Shown here: in pieces, positions 10,497 through 18,064 of the stretch
Layout: every line of letters begins with the position of its first letter
Position numbering within the stretch: position 1 is the first letter of the stretch
Assembly: GCA_028718945.1 (NCBI GenBank)
Contig: JAQUKT010000001.1
Span: 11,997-75,996 of the forward strand
Source of the DNA: Actinomycetota bacterium
GTDB taxonomy: Bacteria; Actinomycetota; Geothermincolia; Fen-727; JAQUKT01
DNA: 64,000 nt
Direction of reading: 5' to 3'
Program-made: the position numbers and the translations under genes
The notes under the pieces: generated by a model
The model's input: the letters and a program-made list of their open reading frames with translations, nothing else
The model's database searches: none
Told to the model about the DNA's origin: nothing

Positions 10497-11672
10497 TCAC
10501 CTTCTATTCTCTCTTAGTTCCTCTTTAGTTGTTGAATCTTCGCATTCCAGCACGTGAATCGCTGTTGCCTTGAAACTCGCGTATAGATTTTTTCCGGGTT
10601 TCATCCCTAATTCCTCAACAGAGCGCTTTGTGATTAGAGAAACAAGTGTAAAGGGGCAATCGAGAAAAACCCTGGTTGAGCTTCCCTGAAAATCAATCTC
10701 ATTTACAATTCCCGACACACAATTCCTGCTGCTCGAGTTGTGCCTGCTCTTCTCTGTCAAAAGTGTTATATCCTCCGGTCTCAAACCAAGTGTAACTCTT
10801 TGCGGGGGTTTGAGTGATTCCGCAACTTCAATCTGAACACCACCTACATCAACAATGCTCAATCCTTCTTTTGATTCCAAAACAATTCCCTCTAAGAGAT
10901 TCTCAAAACCAACGAATTGCGCCACGAATTTGTTCCTTGGCTTGAAAAAAATCTCACTCGTTCTACCGACCTGCTCTATTCTCCCCTTATCGAGTATGGC
11001 AATGCGGCTTCCCATTCTCGCCGCCTCAAACTGGTCATGGGTCACAAATATGGCAGTAATATTCTTCTTGCGAAAGAGCCTCCTCACATCTTCCTGCAAC
11101 TTCAATCTCAAGAGAGTATCAAGGTTCGCAAAGGGCTCATCTAAAAGGAGTAATTCCGGCTTCAAAACAAGAGCGCGAGCAAGAGCAACACGCTGTGCCT
11201 CACCGCCGGACAGAGTACGCGCATTTCTTTTCTCAAAACCTTGAAGACCAACGAGGTTTAGAACATCAGAGACTTCCGCCAAGCGCTCACTTAAAGGAAC
11301 ACGCCTTACTTTCAATCCATAGGCAACATTATCAAAGACACTTCCTCTGAACAGCATGGGATCCTGAAAAATCATAGTCATTCTTCTTGACGTCTCAATA
11401 CGCTCTTTTCCTTTCAGATTTTGAATCTCTTCCCCGAAGAAAAAAACTCTTCCCCTGGTGGGAGCTTCAAGCAGATTCAAAATCCTTAGCAAAACGCTTT
11501 TGCCCGCACCACTTGGACCAAGGACAACAAGAACCTCTCCCGTTTTTACAATAAGCGAACCAATATCGAGAACAACTCTTTCGCCATAACTTTTCAAAAG
11601 ATTTTCAACACGAACGGCGGGAATCTCTTGCTCACCCATGGATATAAGCTCCCGTAACACCCTCGCTTTCAA
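10497..11672 (-). CDS. Tungstate/molybdate ABC transporter ATP-binding protein (TupC/ModC-like, C-terminal TOBE domain)
   Basis: Walker A GPSGAGKS, signature LSGGEAQRVALARAL, Walker B LLLLDEP. C-terminal ~120-aa TOBE-like extension. Confidence 0.8.
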   Translation of the reverse strand: MKARVLRELISMGEQEIPAVRVENLLKSYGERVVLDIGSLIVKTGEVLVVLGPSGAGKSVLLRILNLLEAPTRGRVFFFGEEIQNLKGKERIETSRRMTMIFQDPMLFRGSVFDNVAYGLKVRRVPLSERLAEVSDVLNLVGLQGFEKRNARTLSGGEAQRVALARALVLKPELLLLDEPFANLDTLLRLKLQEDVRRLFRKKNITAIFVTHDQFEAARMGSRIAILDKGRIEQVGRTSEIFFKPRNKFVAQFVGFENLLEGIVLESKEGLSIVDVGGVQIEVAESLKPPQRVTLGLRPEDITLLTEKSRHNSSSRNCVSGIVNEIDFQGSSTRVFLDCPFTLVSLITKRSVEELGMKPGKNLYASFKATAIHVLECEDSTTKEELRENRR

Positions 11673-12273
11673 CTATGTCTCTTTCCTTTGTTGTCTGAAG
11701 TCGCGTGAAAAGAATATTTACTACTACGGCAATGAGTATAAGGACGAGACCCTCGGCAAGCGCGATGTCATAGTTCCCGATTCTCGTGCTCAAGACGATA
11801 TCAGTCGTAAGCATGCGCGTACTTCCCTTTATGTTCCCTCCAACCATCATGATCGCGCCCACCTCGGAAACGACACCACCAAATCCGCCAATGAGGGCAG
11901 CGACAACGCCAGAGCGCGCCTCACGAATTTTCATCAAAATCGCCTGAAATCTCGTGGCTCCCAGACTCTTCGCCTGCATGCCAATGCGACTGTCGAGCTC
12001 CTCGAGAGAAGCGTTCGTGAATCCGGCAATAATGGGCGCAGAAAGCACTACCTGAACAAGAATGAGCGCCGGAACTGTATATAAGAGATTCAGGAAGCCA
12101 AATGGTCCACTCCTCGAAAAAAGCAGGACAAAGAATACGCCCGCAACAACTGGAGGAAGACCCATGAAAGTATGGACTATTATCAATAGAGCTTTTTTTC
12201 CGGGAAACCTGAATTCAGCCAAAGCCATCCCGATTGGAATTCCAACAATCGCTCCAAACGCGGTAGCGGTCAT
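11632..12273 (-). CDS. Tungstate/molybdate ABC transporter permease (TupB/ModB-like)
   Basis: 213-aa membrane protein with an EAA-like loop. Overlaps the ATPase gene. Confidence 0.7.
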   Translation of the reverse strand: MTATAFGAIVGIPIGMALAEFRFPGKKALLIIVHTFMGLPPVVAGVFFVLLFSRSGPFGFLNLLYTVPALILVQVVLSAPIIAGFTNASLEELDSRIGMQAKSLGATRFQAILMKIREARSGVVAALIGGFGGVVSEVGAIMMVGGNIKGSTRMLTTDIVLSTRIGNYDIALAEGLVLILIAVVVNILFTRLQTTKERDIVESEGVTGAYIHG

Positions 12274-12390
12274 GTTGACAAGAAGAGTAATGCCGAGAAT
12301 TCCATAGAACTCGGGATCGAGCCTTATTATGAGTAAGAATGCTTCCTTAAAAGCCCTTAATATACTTTCCAGTTTTTCCTACCGCAACGC

Positions 12391-13265
12391 TTACAATTTG
12401 AGGCCGCCAAGTCCACGAGTTTGCTCCTTGGCACATGGGTGAAAAAGTTGAAATCCTTCTTTTTCGTATTTGCCGATGAGCTCCTGACCCTTTTCACCCG
12501 TAACGAACCAGGCGAACTCTCCTGCCCCCTCCGTATTGAGTTTGAGATCTGGAAATTCTTTGGGATTTACAACTATTACACTATACGGATTTACGAGAGA
12601 TTTATCTTTCTCGACAAGAATCTTGAGTTTAAGGGATTCACGCATGAAAATGAATGTCGCCCTGTCGCTTAGAGTGTAGCCCTGCTTTTCGGATGTCATC
12701 GCAAGAACTTCTCCCATTCCCTGTCCTGCCTCAACATACCAGGGCTTTCCATGGGGGTCTATTCCCGCTTCCTTCCACAGAGATAGTTCTTTCTTGTTGG
12801 TTCCCGAATCATCGGCGCGGCTCACGAATGTTACTCCCCTTAAGGCAATCTTTTTGAACGCTTCCACAGCATTCGTTCCTCCCTTTATATTAGCAGTGTC
12901 GCTCTTGGGTCCAACTATGACAAAGTCATTCCACATGATCTCAACCCTTTCCAGTCCATATCCTTTCTTTACGAATTCCTCCTCTGAGGACTTCGCGTGA
13001 ACAAGAAGAGCATCAGCATCGCCTTTCTCGCCCATCTTGAGAGCCTCGCCAGTCCCTACTGCAATAGTTCTTACTTTCACGTTGCAATCCTTTTCAAAGG
13101 CCGGTAGCAAAACATCCAGCAAGCCAGAATCCTGGACACTGGTCGTAGTGGCAAGAATAAGATTGCCCGGCTCTCCGCAACCAAAAAAAGAAGCGGAGAA
13201 AGGAATAGGAGAATAGCAAGAACAAAAACTGAACTCGACCTTTGCACTCTCTTTATTTTATACAT
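12391..13265 (-). CDS. tupA: Tungstate-binding lipoprotein TupA-like, reading frame interrupted at A7 homopolymer (13183-13189)
   Basis: Mature part carries the TupA-type ATTTSVQDSGLLDVLLPAFEK motif. An SD-preceded ATG at 13265 encodes signal peptide MYKIKRVQRSSSVFVLAILLFLSPLLF in a different frame. Adding one base to the homopolymer restores a ...LLFFGCGEPG lipobox fusion. Confidence 0.65.
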
Positions 13266-13575
13266 CCCTCCTCCTTCAAATGACAAAAGAAAATCTACAT
13301 TTTCTCAATGAAACTGACCACAATATAGAGCGCTCTTTCGGAGGTGGTCTTCTATCAAAAGTGCAGTAATTTCTTTGATTCAAACATAAAAAACCCGCCG
13401 TGCAAAAAGGCAGGTTTATCATCTTACCTCTCCTTTCCAAACACGGGAGGCACAACCGTTTCCAGTTGCACCCCATCGCCCTCGCGCCATTGCAGATGCT
13501 TTAGGCGCTTCAGGTCGGAGATATTTTCGTTAAACTAACAAAAACATGGAAAAATGTCAACAAACAAATCAAAGC

Positions 13576-13603
13576 GGGATCAGGTCTTGCAATGACACAT
13601 TTT
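13576..13603 (-). repeat. Copy of 28-nt repeat family (reverse orientation, C variant)
   Basis: GGGATCAGGTCTTGCAATGACACATTTT is the reverse complement of AAAATGTGTCATTGCAAGACCTGATCCC. It forms an inverted pair with the 14103-14130 copy. Confidence 0.7.
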
Positions 13604-14102
13604 CAATCCTTTTCTGCCCTTCCGCTTATTGAACAATCGCCAAGGGCAGCGTTTCCCACAATTATTTTTTCGAATTGACTTGCTCATTCCTTGTTTAGGA
13701 GAAACGGAAGCGGTTTGATCTACAAATCGAAAACGAAACATCAAACCCCGGATTATCGATATGTAGAGTAAAGCCCTATCACTTGTTGAGTAAACGGAAT
13801 AATCGACAAAGGATTGGACTGGAGTGAAATGGGAACTATTTCAAGAGATGGCTATGGCTCGCCCTTGAAGAGAAACCTATTCTACATCTATGAAAAGATG
13901 GGTTAGCCTCTTGGAAAGTTTCAACCCCTGAAAGCACTGCATGGAAGTAGGCTGCGTAAGAAAAGCACTTTTGACCTCATGGACTTTTTTGCCCCCACTT
14001 TCCTTTCAATCAGGCAACAGAACCCTCGAAATGCACGATGCAAGACTACGTTCTTCTCTTTTGGGCTGCTTTCAGCAAAGCAGACGACCGTGCTGGTTCA
14101 CT

Positions 14103-14130
14103 AAAATGTGTCATTGCAAGACCTGACCCC
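14103..14130 (+). repeat. Copy of 28-nt repeat family (forward, C variant)
   Basis: AAAATGTGTCATTGCAAGACCTGACCCC, directly 3' of the stop of the 14150-15238 gene. Confidence 0.7.
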
Positions 14131-14162
14131 ATTATCGGGGGTGACCCCATTATCGGGGGCGC
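14127..14162. repeat. 18-nt tandem duplication (CCCCATTATCGGGGGYGM x2) at the element end, overlapping the 3' end of the downstream gene
   Basis: Direct tandem repeat seen in the sequence. It produces the artefactual DPIIGGDPIIGG ORF on the plus strand. Confidence 0.6.
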
Positions 14163-15238
14163 ACTGGCTGGGGGGGTGCCTGAACCCTTATCGGCCAGGG
14201 GCGAAAAGAAATCAGAAAGGCTACGGCAGCCGCTATCGAAAAAACTATTAGCCAGTCCTTGGTGGGAAATTCATGCACAAAAGTCTCGAGCGCATTCTTG
14301 AAATTCTCAATTGTTGGAATGTTGATAATCCTTATGGCCGGGAACCAGACGGTAAGCATATACATAAGTATCCTGCCCGCACTAACGAAAATCATGGAAA
14401 GACCAAGAGCAATCCCTCCAAGGACAAAATTGAAGTGTCTTCCAGAACCAAGAACCACCGCAACGCCAACCACTATGCCAAGTGCCCAGCCGGTAATACC
14501 ATATTCTTTATGTGTCCACCATGCTATGCCCGCATAAGCACCGGAGCAAAGCGCGCCAGCGAGGGCTCCGTACAAAACCGATTTCAAATAAGACGGCTCG
14601 GGCGTTATTTCACCATCATACTCATCGGGCATCTGCATTGATACTATACCCTCACCGGGGATTCTCCTCTTTTTTCTTGGCGCATGCTTTCGTCTTGCTT
14701 CAACCCCCTCAAAAGGCTGTGTTGTGGGGAAACCTTCGGCGGTCAATACCGCCTTCTCTCTCATATCAACAGGAACCGCTCTTCTCTTTTCGCTTTCCGG
14801 AATAACCGGGGGGGCCTTCATAGGTGTTTCCCCAACTATTGCCGCTTGAGGGTGCTCCTTTGCAGACCTCCTTGCTCTTCTCCTGCCACCTTCAAGGTCG
14901 CCCCAGAACATGTCGGCTTCGAGGCTTTTTTCGGGAACACTTTCCATGGGTTTGGTTTCTTTCACAACAGGAACAGTTCCAGAAGGCTTCTCTATTGGCT
15001 TTCTTAAAGCCTTTTTCTCGACCTTCTTTTTCGCCTCTTCTTTGACCCCCGATGCATTTTCCTTCTTAGGCTTTTCCCTCACAACCATCCGGGCGGCAAT
15101 TTTTTCAAGTTCAAGCCTGTGGCATTCGGGGCAGTAGTTGGTGTCACGTGTTTCTATCACGCACTTCCTGCAGAAGTTCGCACCGCACGCCAAGCACGTA
15201 AGTTCAGCCTCGTTACCTGGATGCCATTTGCATTCCAA
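14150..15238 (-). CDS. Zinc-ribbon membrane protein (N-terminal CxxC zinc ribbon, Pro/Lys/Glu-rich linker, C-terminal 4-TM domain)
   Basis: N-terminal CKWHPG...CLACGANFCRKC...CPEC cysteine array, a low-complexity charged middle, and a hydrophobic C-terminal ~150 aa. Last gene of the sigma/repeat-protein block. Confidence 0.55.
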   Translation of the reverse strand: MECKWHPGNEAELTCLACGANFCRKCVIETRDTNYCPECHRLELEKIAARMVVREKPKKENASGVKEEAKKKVEKKALRKPIEKPSGTVPVVKETKPMESVPEKSLEADMFWGDLEGGRRRARRSAKEHPQAAIVGETPMKAPPVIPESEKRRAVPVDMREKAVLTAEGFPTTQPFEGVEARRKHAPRKKRRIPGEGIVSMQMPDEYDGEITPEPSYLKSVLYGALAGALCSGAYAGIAWWTHKEYGITGWALGIVVGVAVVLGSGRHFNFVLGGIALGLSMIFVSAGRILMYMLTVWFPAIRIINIPTIENFKNALETFVHEFPTKDWLIVFSIAAAVAFLISFRPWPIRVQAPPQPVRPR

Positions 15239-15473
15239 TTTCTATCCCCTTCACGAAAAGGCGCTATTCGATAGATGCTATCTATTATAAGACATTTCCA
15301 ATTCGCAAACCGTTGAAACGACACAGATACATACTCTCACCTCACCGCCGGAGAGCATGTTCTCCCACCACTTCTATCGAGTAAACTGCAAACTCGACCA
15401 AAATTGGGCTTTGAAGAATTTCACGGCAACAGAAATCTATACCGGATAAGAAAGACTTTGCGCCAAGGAATCA

Positions 15474-15502
15474 AAATGTGTTATTGCAAGACCTGACCCC
15501 AT
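15474..15502 (+). repeat. Solo copy of 28-nt repeat family (T variant)
   Basis: AAAATGTGTTATTGCAAGACCTGACCCCA, 4 nt after the stop codon of the 15507-18023 gene. Confidence 0.7.
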
Positions 15503-15506
15503 ACGC

Positions 15507-18023
15507 TCAAGGGTAAGGCTCGACAGCCGCACTTTTGAAAACACCGTAGCAGTCCGCCCGGTCAATTGGGAATTGTTTTTCGATCAAGGTTTTGAATGTA
15601 ACCCACCTCAACGCGCTTGCCGGATTGCTACCGGATGTATTCATGTTGAGCTGATCTACAAGCTTATGTAGGGCACCCAAACCGGGTTCGGTTCCAAGGG
15701 CAATCATCATCTGGCGAGAAGCTTCAAGTGCCTCGGGCGTTTTCATAGCATCTGCGATATTCTGCATTGCAGTGGGGTTATTCGCAAGCAGGTTAACAAT
15801 TGACATCACAAAGTTTCTTCCGTTAGTCGATTCAAGTATCGATGCAGTAGCCGCAGGATCCCCCTTGCCCATCAAATCACCTATGAAATCGGGGCAAGAG
15901 TTAACAATATTTGCGACTAATTGCGGGTCAATTCCGCCCTCCGCAACCGGTTTTACCAGGTCATATAACATTCCCTTGGGCCCGCCGGGTTCATAGCTCT
16001 TCTTGGTTGCCCTATTCATCGCTTCGTTCAGGGCACCAGCATCGAGATTTGCAATCAGGTTTGTGATAAACGTCTGGTTGTTGTTGATAATCGAGACGAC
16101 AAGGTTTGTGCTTATGCCAAAATCCGGGTCCATTAGTGCCTTCGTAAAATACTTCGTTGCCTCAGGCGATAAAGCCATCTGAGCCGGGTCCATGTTCTTG
16201 ATTACGCCAGAAATAAGCGCTTCTCCAGCATCCGTATTTATGGCGTTGCATAGAACAACGGGATTAAGGTTTGAAAGAAGCCCATCGATGAATGCTCCAT
16301 TGTTATTCACAATATATGCAACAGCCTTAGGGTCAAGAGCCTTCATCATCTTATCGGTGTTTTTCGGGTCTTGGGCGTTTACCACATTTGCTATGACCTT
16401 CGGATTGAGGAATGAGATGAGATTCGTGACAAACTCAATGTTGTTGTTAATGGCAACGGCAGTCCCGCTTGGGTCGAGTTTACCCATGAGTCTTGTAATG
16501 AATGTCTCATTGTTGTTAACCACACCCGCAATTACCTGAGGATTAAGCTTCGAAACCACATTTATCATGAAACTCGGGTCGCCATTCATACTTGAAGCCA
16601 GAGCATCGGCATCCAGTTTCCCTATCAACTTCGTGATAAACGCTCCATTGGCATTCACAACTCCAGCGATAACCGCCGGGTCGAGCCTTGCTAACATTCT
16701 GCTTGTCCACTCCCAGTTCTTGGCGCTCATCTCGTTTATTTTGTCTATATCGAGATACTTGAGAACACCCTTCAAGAATCCTGGATTTGCGTTTATTGCA
16801 ACAGCAGTTCCAGCCATACTCATGTTTCCCATCAAGCCCGACAGGAAAGCGCCATTTGCATTTACCGCATTTGCAATAGGCGTCGGATCAAGTTTTGCAA
16901 GGACCTGACACATCATCTCGGTATTGCTTGAAACTGCCCGTATGAGATCCGTGGAAAGATAACCGACAAGCGAACTTATGAATGGAGCCGAATTGTTCAA
17001 TATGCCCGCTATAACCCCGGGATCCAAATAACCTATCAACTTGGTCGTAAAATCGCTCGTTGTTCCTGTATTTTTCGCAAGTCCTGCAGGGTCCATCTTC
17101 GATATCAATCTCGTGAGAAATGCCTGATTGCTCCCGATTGTAGCAATGAACTCCGGACTTATGTTCATTGCGACATCGTATGTAAATTTATTTGTTTCAG
17201 GAGTTGACATCGAGAGCTGGTCGGGGTCCATATAGGACACAAGTTTCGTCAAAAACGCCTGATTTCCGTTTACCACTCCTGCAATAACTGACGGGTCGAG
17301 ATAACCCATAAGGTCCCGAATCATGTTCACATTACTTGCCATTCCAGCGCTCATACCTTCAGCGTCGATTTTTCCAAGGAGTTCAGTTATCCATGCTCCG
17401 TTGTTGTTGACAACCCCCGCTATTGTATCCGGACTCAGATATCCAACAAGCTCACTTGTAAATGTCGGGTCTGCATTCATGGCCTCAGCGGTAGTCGCGG
17501 GATCCGTATATCGAACAACCTCAACGAGGAAATCTCCATTTGCGTTTATCGCATCCGCGATAACTTTTGCGTTGAGATTTCCCACCAGAGAAGCGATGAA
17601 AGGCCCTGCCTTGTTTACGATTTCCGCGGTGATTTTCGGGTCCCCATTAGCCATCATTTCGTTTATGAACTTCTCGTTTTTATTTACAGCCTCAGCAATT
17701 ACCTTTCCATCGATGTAGCCCAGTAAATCCGAAATCCATTCGGGATTCTCGTTTACCGCGATTGCAGTTCCCTTGGGGTCTGAATACTTCATTACCTCAT
17801 TTATGAACTCAGGGTTATCATTTATCGCCTCGGCAACCGCCTTGACATCAAGAGAGCGAAGCATTGCAGCGGTTCCCTTGGGATTGCTGCTCATCTTTCC
17901 AATCATCTTACCAAGAGGGCTTCGGGTTGGAATGAAACCAACAGCGCCAACTGCCGCAAGTGCAACAACTACAATTAAGACCACCGCATTTACCAATGTT
18001 TGAATGCCCTTGTTATAGATCAT
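15507..18023 (-). CDS. Membrane-anchored 23-residue-repeat protein, paralog 1 (about 30 repeats, consensus LDPxVIAxAVNxNxxFIxxLIxx)
   Basis: N-terminal TM helix, conserved PLGKMIGKM segment, then periodic DPxVIAxxVNxN repeats across 838 aa. Low-complexity antisense ORFs occur throughout. Confidence 0.7.
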   Translation of the reverse strand: MIYNKGIQTLVNAVVLIVVVALAAVGAVGFIPTRSPLGKMIGKMSSNPKGTAAMLRSLDVKAVAEAINDNPEFINEVMKYSDPKGTAIAVNENPEWISDLLGYIDGKVIAEAVNKNEKFINEMMANGDPKITAEIVNKAGPFIASLVGNLNAKVIADAINANGDFLVEVVRYTDPATTAEAMNADPTFTSELVGYLSPDTIAGVVNNNGAWITELLGKIDAEGMSAGMASNVNMIRDLMGYLDPSVIAGVVNGNQAFLTKLVSYMDPDQLSMSTPETNKFTYDVAMNISPEFIATIGSNQAFLTRLISKMDPAGLAKNTGTTSDFTTKLIGYLDPGVIAGILNNSAPFISSLVGYLSTDLIRAVSSNTEMMCQVLAKLDPTPIANAVNANGAFLSGLMGNMSMAGTAVAINANPGFLKGVLKYLDIDKINEMSAKNWEWTSRMLARLDPAVIAGVVNANGAFITKLIGKLDADALASSMNGDPSFMINVVSKLNPQVIAGVVNNNETFITRLMGKLDPSGTAVAINNNIEFVTNLISFLNPKVIANVVNAQDPKNTDKMMKALDPKAVAYIVNNNGAFIDGLLSNLNPVVLCNAINTDAGEALISGVIKNMDPAQMALSPEATKYFTKALMDPDFGISTNLVVSIINNNQTFITNLIANLDAGALNEAMNRATKKSYEPGGPKGMLYDLVKPVAEGGIDPQLVANIVNSCPDFIGDLMGKGDPAATASILESTNGRNFVMSIVNLLANNPTAMQNIADAMKTPEALEASRQMMIALGTEPGLGALHKLVDQLNMNTSGSNPASALRWVTFKTLIEKQFPIDRADCYGVFKSAAVEPYP

Positions 18024-18064
18024 CTTTTAAGCTCCTGTGAACTTGTCAGTTCAATCCCTCCAAA

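Larger units (their letters stand above)
13576..14130. mobile_element. Putative MITE-like non-autonomous element (555 bp) bounded by 28-nt terminal inverted repeats
   Basis: The two C-variant copies sit in inverted orientation 500 bp apart in a gene-free region. Only short spurious ORFs lie between them. Confidence 0.35.

Noticed and set aside
13276-14126. Short ORFs (13276-13476, 13344-13538, 13941-14126) inside the putative MITE
   Set aside because: They have no RBS or recognisable domains, and stops are frequent in all frames. I treat the interior as non-coding.
14038-14301. Plus-strand ORF encoding DPIIGGDPIIGG
   Set aside because: It is generated by the 18-nt tandem duplication next to the repeat element and overlaps the 3' end of the zinc-ribbon gene. 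There is no RBS.
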